A stretch of 64,000 nt of DNA from Dehalococcoidia bacterium (GTDB taxonomy: Bacteria; Chloroflexota; Dehalococcoidia; Lucifugimonadales; UBA3495): the NCBI GenBank assembly GCA_965220055.1, contig CBDCPE010000004.1:3628962-3692961 (forward strand), written 5' to 3'. How positions within the stretch are numbered: the first letter of the stretch is position 1; each line of letters begins with the position of its first letter. The notes beneath the pieces were generated by a model. The model did no database searches. It had not been told where the DNA came from and saw nothing but the letters and a program-made list of their open reading frames with translations. The position numbers and the translations under genes were made by a program. This document shows positions 1 through 8,278 of this stretch, piece after piece.

Positions 1-155
1 GACAGGGTGTTTTGGAGGGGTGGATTTTAGCGATTTCGGCTGATCTCGACGGGGTATGTTCTGGTCCTCAACTAGTCGTTCGAGGGGCTCGCCGAAGGGT
101 TTTGGAGGGCTCGATTTTGACGGATCAGGGCAATCTCACCGGTCATTTTCGGGGC
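1..155. repeat. Degenerate copies (about 1.6 units) of the 90-bp repeat family arrayed at 6466-6729; may continue left of the window
   Basis: By-eye alignment. The blocks cagggtgtttt.g..gg...gatttt and gggctcgattttg.cggatc.gggc.atctcaccggtc.ttttcgggg occur in the same order and orientation as in the 6466-6729 unit. Confidence 0.5.
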
Positions 156-635
156 GTCGACAGCCATGACCTGGTGATGGAAGCGCTCATGCGACCGGCT
201 TTGTCACGCGGAAAAGGAGTTAACAGGACAAATATCCTGCCTGGTCCATGGCGGCTGTCGACGGTCGATGCCGCTGGTCACGACGCCTCGGTTCACCCTG
301 GCCTTCGGCAATTTGTCCTACTGGAAATCGTTGCAAGAAGCGCGGGTTGCCACGGGTCTATAGGGTATCGCCGGTTCTCATAGCAACGGGCACGGCAACG
401 CGGACCCGCGTGAAACGAATTGGGGGATTTTGTTGCAGACAGGGTAAGGACAGATTTTCCAAGCAGAAATTTACCTGATAGTGCTCATGCGAAACGAGAT
501 ACGGGACAAATATGGGGTTCACCGGCGCCTGACGTCATTGGCGTTGTGAGAACCAAGCCCTGCTACATTGGGACCTGCGCTTCCCGGGGAACGGCGTCTT
601 GACGTGCCCTGGCGGCAGCGCCGCCCTTACGGTTG

Positions 636-664
636 ATGGCAGACTTCCGTTCAAAGTCTGCCAT
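636..664. repeat. Hairpin repeat, copy 1 (atggcagactt / aagtctgccat, 11-bp stem)
   Basis: Perfect inverted repeat. The same stem sequence recurs at 4111-4139 and, weaker, at 4206-4234. Lies about 150 nt downstream of the nuclease gene stop. Confidence 0.6.
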
Positions 665-814
665 TCTGGTTCAGCCGGCAAACCGAATGATCAACTCAAT
701 TCGCTGCGAGTACGGTTCCGCTATGGACTTCTGCCGGAGCATGTCAACCGACTTAACAGCCTTGGGGGAGTTGACGGACTATTGCATCCAGCCAACCCTG
801 AGATCGCTGAGTAA

Positions 815-1780
815 TCAAACCGCAGGCAATCCATTGGCGATGGCGGCCGCTCGTGTCCAAGCAGACATGTCTGCCAGGGTCTGGGACGAAATTGTTTCGC
901 ATAACTCGATTACTCGCGACCGATCGAACAAAATGCCGGCGTACGTCGACCTCTTGTACCAACGGTCTTCGGGCAACTCATCCGTGATGAAAAACATACG
1001 GACCGGGTCAACTGCTGGCATGTTGTCGAACCAATTTTTACAAAACGCATCGGGCCTGAGCCTTGTGAATTGTTCTTCGTAGTGGGTACCGGTTTTACAT
1101 TGCCCGAATCCAATCAACTTGCCTTGTCTGTCGTCGTTGAACGGATTCCAGACCACCACATCAAGTCCATCATCTTTTGCTTGGGGATTGCCGCCCGATT
1201 TGTTTCGGTAGGTACTCCCTTCACCTATTTGCTGACAAAGCGCGTTCACGCGGTCTGAAAAACTTCGAGTATCACTGGCTGTACCGAACACCAAGCTTCG
1301 GGATCCGTCTCCGAAATATCGACTAGCGACCTCTGCACAAAGTTGCTCGAATAATTCAGTCCCATCAATGCCCGCATGCTTCTTGTTTAGGTTCATATCC
1401 AATCGGGTTGCCAAGAGCAAATATTTGTACACGGTTTGGCGAGGGTTGCCACCGCCCTGGCGCCATTGAAGTGAACTACCAGTGTGGTCCAACTCGAAAG
1501 GATACCCTGAACCGTACGCTTCCGTGCGTTCTTCGACGAGCTCGAATGCTTCCTTCACCCACTCATGCAATTCGTCGATTTCGAGAACGCCGTTTGCATG
1601 GTCGTTCTCTTCAGGTTTGGCTAGTTGGTTAGAGACGTGCCTATCGGACGCCATGCCACTTTGCCAAGATATGAGCTCACTGAAATCTGCGACGTCCAGT
1701 TGCCATGCCAGTAGTTCGTTGTAGTCTGCTTGGTCTTGGTCAGTCGGTCGAGCTGGAAGTTCCTTGGGCCATTTGAACAC
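815..1780 (-). CDS. Mrr-cat / PD-(D/E)xK-type restriction-endonuclease-like protein with an unassigned N-terminal domain (321 aa, GTG start)
   Basis: The C-terminal half carries ELFEQL ... DDGLDVVVW-x15-GFGQCKTG, a D...QxK nuclease signature like the Mrr catalytic domain. AGGTGA SD sits 12 nt after the upstream ParB-like stop. It is the third gene of a tight operon. Confidence 0.55.
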   Translation of the reverse strand: MFKWPKELPARPTDQDQADYNELLAWQLDVADFSELISWQSGMASDRHVSNQLAKPEENDHANGVLEIDELHEWVKEAFELVEERTEAYGSGYPFELDHTGSSLQWRQGGGNPRQTVYKYLLLATRLDMNLNKKHAGIDGTELFEQLCAEVASRYFGDGSRSLVFGTASDTRSFSDRVNALCQQIGEGSTYRNKSGGNPQAKDDGLDVVVWNPFNDDRQGKLIGFGQCKTGTHYEEQFTRLRPDAFCKNWFDNMPAVDPVRMFFITDELPEDRWYKRSTYAGILFDRSRVIELCETISSQTLADMSAWTRAAAIANGLPAV

Positions 1781-1792
1781 GGGTGGTCACCT

Positions 1793-2893
1793 CTACGTTC
1801 GCGCGGGCTGAGGCCTTGGTGAAGCGAATTGTTTGCGCACCATCTCTGCGTGAAGGTCCGTAGCTAAAGCGACGACTCCATCAGCAGTCGCGAGCAATTC
1901 GCCGGATCCGTCATACCCGTCTGATAGCATTGCCCGCGCCTCACGCAAGCTCTCCATGGCCGCGACCAAGGATTCCTCGAATCGATTAGTCGGGGGACGA
2001 CTCGCCGCAAACGCCGCTTGGAGGTTGCTCGTATTGCGTAGACTAGCTACCGCCGACCGATTTCCCAGTACTGCGTCCAATTGACGGAGGTGCGGGTTCT
2101 GGGATCGTATGATGGGACGTGCATCCTTGCGCTTACTACCGTATAACCATAGGCATAGTTCACCAAGTTCCGTTCGTTTTTCCGAAGGGACAGGCTCCGG
2201 GTCCTCCGCTTCCTCTGAGGTCAGTCCGATATACGAACTGATGCCAGGATAATCTAGTCCCGTATAAAGATGGGAGAATGAAAAATGTCGGTGCCACCGG
2301 TCTTCGCGGCGAAAAACCTCCCAATCCTCAGCTTGTTCGATAACCTTCAGCCCACGAAAAAGCCTCTGGACCGTGTTGTGGTTGTCGCCAATCTGCTGCG
2401 CGATCTGTACCAACGAGACGTTGAAGGTTTGGTTGACCGAAGCGACGTATCGTGCTTTTGCGTAGCTGCCCCACTTAGCTGGACCGTTGACGTGTTTGAA
2501 ACCGAGAAACCTCCAGGTGTCTTCTCGCGTATCTATCAGACAAGGTAGGCGGTTCAGCCCATCAAGTAGGTCGGCCGCAATCGTCGGGATATTGGCTTTC
2601 ACCTGCCGGGCGACGGCGGGATCCCTGATTGCCTTGACTGCTGCCAGCCGACGGTTTCCTTCGATAACGACAAATTTGCCTGACTCCTCAACCACGATTA
2701 GAGGCTCGTGCCGGAAGAACCCGCTGGCCGTGATGGACATCACTAATTCCTGCACATCTTCCGTTTCCCACAGAATCTTGATGATGTCCATTTCGTTTTG
2801 GATCGGCGAGTCGAAAAATTCGGCAAGCCTCGGATTTTTCACGTCGAACTCGAGTTGGTCGACGTCGATGTCGGTAACCGTTTGCGTAGTCAT
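1793..2893 (-). CDS. ParB/Srx N-terminal-domain protein with HTH-like segment (about 366 aa)
   Basis: VIEGNRRLAAVKAI arginine patch at the position of ParB box II (GERRxRA). A later HTH-like stretch reads VSLVQIAQQIGDNHNTVQRLFRGLKV. The start ATG overlaps the MTase stop (ATGA at 2890-2893). I chose internal Met MTTQTV rather than the ORF-track Met at 2950. Confidence 0.7.
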   Translation of the reverse strand: MTTQTVTDIDVDQLEFDVKNPRLAEFFDSPIQNEMDIIKILWETEDVQELVMSITASGFFRHEPLIVVEESGKFVVIEGNRRLAAVKAIRDPAVARQVKANIPTIAADLLDGLNRLPCLIDTREDTWRFLGFKHVNGPAKWGSYAKARYVASVNQTFNVSLVQIAQQIGDNHNTVQRLFRGLKVIEQAEDWEVFRREDRWHRHFSFSHLYTGLDYPGISSYIGLTSEEAEDPEPVPSEKRTELGELCLWLYGSKRKDARPIIRSQNPHLRQLDAVLGNRSAVASLRNTSNLQAAFAASRPPTNRFEESLVAAMESLREARAMLSDGYDGSGELLATADGVVALATDLHAEMVRKQFASPRPQPART

Positions 2894-3792
2894 GGCGTTT
2901 GCACCATCTGTTGGTTGGGTATTGGCTCGGGACCGCAGGATGAGACCCATGCGGACGGGCGTTGCACGTAAGGTGGCGTAATCAGCAGTTCGTACGTTTT
3001 CTTCTTCTGTTGCAAGCTATACTGCAAACCGATATCCGAGATATTGCAGTCGGCGTAGAGCCCTCTGATGAGTTGGGAGTCATCGTATGAGGCTACCCAT
3101 CGGACCGATTGCTGTCGCCGCAAGTACCGAGCGAGTTTGCCGTGGTCTTTTGTGTCGTAATCGTTCAAATACAGGCGACTCCCCTTCGAGACGTAAGGTG
3201 GATCCAAATACACGAAGACCTGCTTGCGGCGGTTCCCTTTAGGAAGGTGGGTAGTCAAGAATCGCAACGCGTCGTCATTGGTAACCTGGATTCGGTCTCG
3301 TTGTTCAGCAACTCGGACGATTCGTTCAGCGAGAGCTTTACGGTTGAAACGCGCATCCATGCGCCACGTTCCGGTCTGGGAATATCCGCCTATCGGTGCC
3401 GAACCGAGCAGGATGCCAGAGCGATTGCACCGGTTCAAATAAAACGTGGCAAATCCGAGATCGAACGTGCTATGCCGGGTTGGTTGTAGGCAGATTTCTT
3501 TTTGCTTTCGCCATTGGTTTACGTTCAATTCAACCGACATGATCGCATCGGCAAATCGTTCATGTTCGCTGAGAATAGCCTGCCAGAACGCGTAAATCCT
3601 CGGGTCGAGATCGTTCAGCAGTAACTCAGAAACCACGCCCTCGCGCAAAAGCCGAAGGGCTGCTCCGGCTCCGCCTGCAAACGGTTCGAAGTATCTACAT
3701 TCGCTGAGACCGTTGGTTTCTATGAAACAACCCAATAGACCGGCCAGCGAACCCTTACCTCCCGGATAACGTAAAGGGCTAAACGCTCTCAT
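2890..3792 (-). CDS. Dam-family (D12 class) N6-adenine DNA methyltransferase
   Basis: N-terminal LRYPGGK. Motif I is FEPFAGGAGAA and motif IV is LDPPYV. The 300-aa size is typical of Dam/DpnIIA-type enzymes. Confidence 0.85.
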   Translation of the reverse strand: MRAFSPLRYPGGKGSLAGLLGCFIETNGLSECRYFEPFAGGAGAALRLLREGVVSELLLNDLDPRIYAFWQAILSEHERFADAIMSVELNVNQWRKQKEICLQPTRHSTFDLGFATFYLNRCNRSGILLGSAPIGGYSQTGTWRMDARFNRKALAERIVRVAEQRDRIQVTNDDALRFLTTHLPKGNRRKQVFVYLDPPYVSKGSRLYLNDYDTKDHGKLARYLRRQQSVRWVASYDDSQLIRGLYADCNISDIGLQYSLQQKKKTYELLITPPYVQRPSAWVSSCGPEPIPNQQMVQTP

Positions 3793-3929
3793 GCCAGCTC
3801 GCCTTTGCCGTACTAATTGAGGTCATTCTACTCGAATTCAATTGGAAGCAACAAAGACTGCCAGGCTCTCGGGAACCTGGTCTGGCCTGTAACGCGGGAC
3901 ACGATTTTGCGGGCGCTACCTAACAACCC

Positions 3930-4083
3930 CCGAGCCGTGGCGCTGCCCACCGGCGCCACGTAGTTGCGATTGGAGCCGAACGGCGAGTCCAGATAAATGA
4001 GGTAGACCGACGCGGAATTGATGCCGCACAAGATGTCCAGGTTGTCCCCTGTCCAGATGGTTCGATCGGCAGAATTGGTCATG
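3930..4083 (-). pseudogene. N-terminal fragment of a beta-class (N4/N6, PF01555-like) DNA methyltransferase
   Basis: MTNSADRTIWTGDNLDILCGINSASVYLIYLDSPFGSNRNY matches the GDxL...IYxDPPF-NSxxNY N-terminus of these MTases. Similarity stops after about 50 aa. Confidence 0.55.
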
Positions 4084-4110
4084 GGAAAATGCCAACTGGA
4101 CAGTCGAGCG

Positions 4111-4139
4111 ATGGCAGACTTTACTACAAAGTCTGCCAT
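4111..4139. repeat. Hairpin repeat, copy 2 (atggcagacttt / aaagtctgccat, 12-bp stem)
   Basis: Perfect inverted repeat with the same stem as 636-664. Confidence 0.6.
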
Positions 4140-4205
4140 TTTCCGCACCTGAGGGCGAAATCTGAGCAACACGGTGAGCGGGAACCGAACCAAATCGCCC
4201 GCCGA

Positions 4206-4234
4206 ATGGCAGAGTTGCTAATGAAATCTGCCAT
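4206..4234. repeat. Hairpin repeat, copy 3 (degenerate; atggcaga ... tctgccat)
   Basis: 8-bp stem with a longer loop. Shares the atggcaga/tctgccat core with the other copies. Confidence 0.35.
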
Positions 4235-4384
4235 GCGACTAATTGGCCCAAATGTTGCGCTAACCCCGGTCGGCCATACGGGTTTGTGGAGTTACCTAGC
4301 GGAAGATTGGTATTCGGCAACGACCACAGCTCATTGCCGATCCAGCTCCACAACAGGAGCTTGTAAACCCCCGCGCTGTGATTG

Positions 4385-4650
4385 CCTAACCACCCGTCCA
4401 ATTTCGCCCGGATCGCTATGGAGTTGCTGCTCTCTCGCCATTCGGAGGCAGTTATCCATATCGAGTAGGTATTGAGTACGGCGCGGGGCATGATGTGGTC
4501 CACTTCGAGCACTCGGAACGGAAACTCGATGCCGCAGGCGTCGCAACGACCCTCCTGGTGACCAAGCGGCGTGTGCTTGTGCTGGTGGCAGGGCACCAGC
4601 GCGTCGATGTTGGTACGTTGGGATGTCAGCAGTCGCGGATTGACACCTGG
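4385..4650 (-). pseudogene. HNH endonuclease remnant (frameshifted, 5' end cut by the IS derivative)
   Basis: CHQHKHTPLGHQEGRCDACGIEFPFRVLEVDHIMPRA reads as an HNH core. The expected downstream DN..LLC..CN..K part is only recoverable by changing frame. Confidence 0.4.
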
Positions 4651-5303
4651 CAGGGTGTTGAAAATGGCGGTGTGATGACTGAATGGGACCATATCCAGTG
4701 GGGAGGGTTGCCCGTAACGCAAGGCAGCGCAACAGGTCACCATGCTCGCGGCGGTTACGCTGGATGCCCTGGCTCCCAAAGGTCACTCCATTCGGCGTAT
4801 CAAGCCCATGGTGGATAAGGCCCTGAACCAGTTGTTCCCGACCTTCAACCGGATGTGCGCCGACCACGGTCGAGCGTCGATACCGCCGGAGCACCTCCTG
4901 AAAGCCGGCCTGCTGATGGCGCTGTTCTCGGTGCGCACCGCCCGGCATGAGGGGTACCGCTTGAGCCAGCGGGCGCGCAAACGGATTGAAGAAGTCTTCG
5001 GCTGGGTGAAGACGGTTGGCGGCGGTAGGATGTTACGGTACTGCGGGGTCGCCCGCAATCGGCTGTGGACGGAATTGACCTAGCGAGCTACAACCTGGTG
5101 CGGCTGGCCAAATTGACGGCGGTGGCGGCGTAGAACAAGGGACAAGTCTGTCCCGATCACCGCCGACAACGCCTAACCTTCGGAAATCGGCCTCCTGGCA
5201 GCGTCAACTAACCCTTTTCAGCCGTGAACCGTGCGCAAATGGACGGTGCAGAGGCGACAGAACATCCCTACGCGGCCATCACGCTACCCATTTCAACAGC
5301 CCG
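4651..5303 (+). mobile_element. Internally deleted IS5/IS1182-superfamily derivative (MITE-like, non-autonomous), copy 1
   Basis: Imperfect terminal IRs are cagggtgttgaaaat and catttcaacagcccg. The ORF joins a transposase N-terminus (HSIRRIKPMVDKAL...GRASIPPEHLLKAGLL) directly to a C-terminus (RKRIEEVFGWVKTVGGGR.LRYCGVARN). A second copy lies at 19343-20041. Confidence 0.7.
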
Positions 5304-5320
5304 CTAGTCCCGTAGTCTAG

Positions 5321-6388
5321 CAATCAAGTATCCCTACCAAGTCCTTCATGGACTTCGCCATTGCGTCCCTGGGCTTCTGGGCCTTCGGGTTCGCCTTCAT
5401 GCTGGGCGACACCGCCAGCGGCATCATCGGCCTGACCGGCTGGTTCCTCACCAGCGGCGACTACGTGGGCTGGATCTTCCAGATGGTCTTCGCCGCCACC
5501 GCCGCCACCATCGTGGCCGGCGCCATGGCCGAGCGCACCAGGCTGCAAACCTACCTGGCCTACAGCTTCATCGTCTCCGCGCTGATCTACCCCATCTACG
5601 GGCACTGGGTCTGGGGCGGCGGTTGGCTCGCCGACATGGGCGCCCTGGACTATGCCGGTTCCGGAGTGGTGCACGCGGTTGGCGGCTTCGTTGCCCTGGC
5701 CGGCGCAGCCGTGGTGGGTCCGCGCATGGGCAAGTTCATCAACGGGCGGGCGCAGGAGATGCCGGCGCACAGCACGCCCTTCGTGGTCGCCGGCACCTTC
5801 ATCCTGTTCTTCGGCTGGTTCGGCTTCAACATCGGCTGGGGTGACGATATCGGCCTCAACGCGGTCAACACCCTGCTGTCCGGCGCCACCGGCGCGGTCG
5901 TCGCGATGTACATCACGCTGATCGTCAAGGGCAAGGCCGACATCCTGATGGCGTGCAACGGCGCGCTGGCCGGCCTGGTAGGCATCACCGCTCCGGTGAA
6001 CTTCGTCGACCCCTGGGCCGCCGTGGTGATCGGCGCCATCGCGGCGCCCATCATGTACGGTTCCGTGATGCTCATGGAGCGCGTCCTGAAGATCGACGAC
6101 CCGGTGGGCGCCATCAGCGTGCACGGCGTGACCGGTCTGTGGGGATTGCTCGCCATCGCCATCTTCGCCAAGGACGGTGGCCTGGTCGGCGGCAGCGCGG
6201 GGCTGTTCGTTCCCCAGATCGTGAGCATCGTCGCGGTGGTCGCCTGGTCGCTGGTCACCGGTTTCGGCCTGTTCTACCTGCTGAAGTTCACGATGGGCAT
6301 CCGGGTGAGCGAGGCCGAGGAACTGCAGGGCCTGGACATCTCCGAGCACGGCATCCAGACCTACCCCGAATCGGCCGCCACCAGCTAA
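5321..6388 (+). pseudogene. Ammonium transporter (Amt family), 5'-truncated by the IS derivative
   Basis: Amt motifs are present (GHWVWGGGWL, AGSGVVH, FGWFGFN, ISVHGV.G.WG). The frame is open back to 5321 and reads ..TKSFMDFAIASLGFWAFGF, so about 45 N-terminal residues (first TM) are missing. The IS end lies at 5303. Confidence 0.8.
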
Positions 6389-6465
6389 ACGCTGCAATGA
6401 CGAATTTCTCTCCCCTTATAGCGAGGGCCGGGGGCTGTGGCCGCCCTCGGCTCTCGTATTTTTTG

Positions 6466-6729
6466 CCGATCTCACCGGCCCGTTTTCGGGGGCTCACTGG
6501 GCTTTTTCGGGGGCTCAACAGGGTGTTTTAGGTGGCTCGATTTTGGTGGATCTGGGCGATCTCACCGGTCTGTTTTCGGGGGCTCACTGGGCTTTTTCGG
6601 GGGCTCAACAGGGTGTTTTAGGTGGCTCGATTTTGGTGGATCTGGGCGATCTCACCGGTCTGTTTTCGGGGGCTCACTGGGCTTTTTCGGGGGCTCAACA
6701 GGGTGTTTTAGGTGGCTCGATTTTGGCGG
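6466..6729. repeat. Tandem repeat, 90-bp unit, about 2.9 copies
   Basis: Units at 6466-6555, 6556-6645 and 6646-6729. Copies 2 and 3 are essentially identical. The unit contains the internal sub-repeat ttttcgggggctca twice. Confidence 0.9.
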
Positions 6730-6775
6730 ATGGGGCCGCGCCCGCCGGGACCAGTCAGTGCGTCGATGGTGCAGG

Positions 6776-7006
6776 TTATGGGTCTCGCTGATTAGATTTG
6801 GTGTCGTTGAGCAGGGTGGTCCCCAGACTGGACAATCCGGTGATGCCGCTGCCAAGAAGACCAATCAGGGCGCCAATGATGAAGGCCGACGTGCTGGTGT
6901 CAGATGCCTGCATCGTCAACGCCTTCAAGATGACGAAGATGATCCCTCCGCAAATCCCGCCTATCAGGGTGGCGATAATGATCAAGTTCAAACGAAACGG
7001 GGTCAT
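6776..7006 (-). CDS. Small hydrophobic (2-TM) protein, hypothetical
   Basis: 76-aa ORF with two long hydrophobic stretches in the AT-richer patch. No recognisable motif. Confidence 0.35.
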   Translation of the reverse strand: MTPFRLNLIIIATLIGGICGGIIFVILKALTMQASDTSTSAFIIGALIGLLGSGITGLSSLGTTLLNDTKSNQRDP

Positions 7007-7389
7007 CTGGCCGACCTCCCAGTGGAATCTGAGCGACCGGTCGCTCCGACGAATTATCCAGCAAAGCTCAAGCCCGTGCAGTCTGGCTGACAGATACTCA
7101 TTCGGCCAGACCCGGAACTGGCTGCCTGGAGGATCTGACTTGGATCCGGAGGTTCATTCGTCTGTGATACGGCGAAATCGGCGAACCTCGATGGCGGGTT
7201 TTCGGGCTGTCGACCGTCGTCATGTACTGTCAGCCACACCATTCGACGGGGCTCAACTGTTCCTACTTGATGATCGCCGTATCGAAAAGTTATGATGGGC
7301 TCCCATCTGTTCCCTCATCGCCGCAAATATACCCATCAAGTCCACAGCTTTCGCCCAGGCCACCGGCACTGCGCGGTTACATCGCCATT

Positions 7390-8256
7390 ATGCATAGCCT
7401 TAACTATCCTGAACTGCGTTCTTGGCTGGTTGAAAAGGCGTCTCAGAACGGTAACTACCGACATCTGTGTCTCGTGGAGGACACTGGTCGCCGACAGGAG
7501 GCCATTGACGTTCTCAAAAGGATCGTTAATGACGCACATGCGGACGCCAAACGTCACCTATTTCGGCTGACCGCCACTAATTTGGACCCCCTTGGAGCCA
7601 CGTCGTCCGACTCCGTCGCCCACGCCTATCCCGGCTCACTGCATCTAACCACACGAAAGGCATACTTCGGTGAGATCATGGCCGGGATCGTGGCCGAAAA
7701 CTTCGTGCGGACGCCGCCTGGCCAATGGCGTGTACCAGCATTTTTGTTCAGGCATCATGAGTTGGCATTTGACCAGCTGGAGAGGGCACGTACGTCAGGA
7801 CAGCCCCCCGACCACGTCTTTGGCCAGACCGGGGACGACTGTCTGGCGTTTAGTACAGGACCAGAGGGTTTTGTAACGGCTTCGCTCGTCGGTGAAGCGA
7901 AATGTACAAACGACCATGATGCTTCGATGCTTGGAGCCGCTCATTGCAAAGTCAATTCAGTCGAGCCACGACCATTAAGCCTCAGCCGAGTCATTCGCAT
8001 CCTTAGCGATCAAAGCGGCGACTCTGAAGCAGCCGATTGGGCCAACATGCTGCGAGAACTCTACTATCGCAAAAACCTGCGGGACTACAAACGAGCCGAC
8101 CTGGTCAGTTATACCTGCGGACGAAGCCCAGTACGGAGGGACAGTTGGGCCCGGACAGACGCGCCAGACCCAGTGTATAGTGCCGGCAGAGAGTTGGAAT
8201 GCGTAGAAATCCACCTTTCCAACGTGGACGGTTTGGTGGACGAGATCTACGCGTAA
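7390..8256 (+). CDS. HamA-like (DUF1837-like) PD-(D/E)xK effector candidate, 288 aa
   Basis: Carries FGEIMAGIVAENF and then GDDCLAF-x14-LVGEAKC (E...D...ExK). Size and position immediately upstream of an SF2 helicase match Hachiman HamA. The start is uncertain (ORF is open from 7222; Met at 7390 chosen). Confidence 0.5.
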   Translation: MHSLNYPELRSWLVEKASQNGNYRHLCLVEDTGRRQEAIDVLKRIVNDAHADAKRHLFRLTATNLDPLGATSSDSVAHAYPGSLHLTTRKAYFGEIMAGIVAENFVRTPPGQWRVPAFLFRHHELAFDQLERARTSGQPPDHVFGQTGDDCLAFSTGPEGFVTASLVGEAKCTNDHDASMLGAAHCKVNSVEPRPLSLSRVIRILSDQSGDSEAADWANMLRELYYRKNLRDYKRADLVSYTCGRSPVRRDSWARTDAPDPVYSAGRELECVEIHLSNVDGLVDEIYA

Positions 8257-8278
8257 GAAGTTCAGTGGGGAGGCCATC

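Noticed and set aside
12-1082. Plus-strand ORFs 12-383, 248-478, 633-1082 at the window start
   Set aside because: None has a recognisable motif. They overlap repeat DNA or the 3' end of the nuclease gene. I treat the region 160-814 as non-coding or too degraded to call.
636-4139. Hairpins as integron attC sites
   Set aside because: There is no integron integrase or attI in the window. The hairpins lack the imperfect R/L box structure of attC sites as far as I can judge by eye.
5324-6397. 357-aa minus-strand ORF and several nested ORFs over the amt fragment
   Set aside because: They are antisense to clear Amt motifs and have Arg/Gly/Asp/His-rich composition typical of out-of-frame high-GC translation.
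6466-6729. Possible CRISPR array
   Set aside because: The repeats are directly adjacent 90-bp units with no unique spacers, and there are no cas genes in the window.
6437-7090. 217-aa ORF translating the 90-bp tandem repeat (GGSLGFFGGSTGCFRWLDFGGSG x3)
   Set aside because: The reading frame is open only because the repeat lacks stops. Two plus frames are open simultaneously. The ORF then runs antisense through the small membrane-protein gene, and there is no SD or plausible start context.
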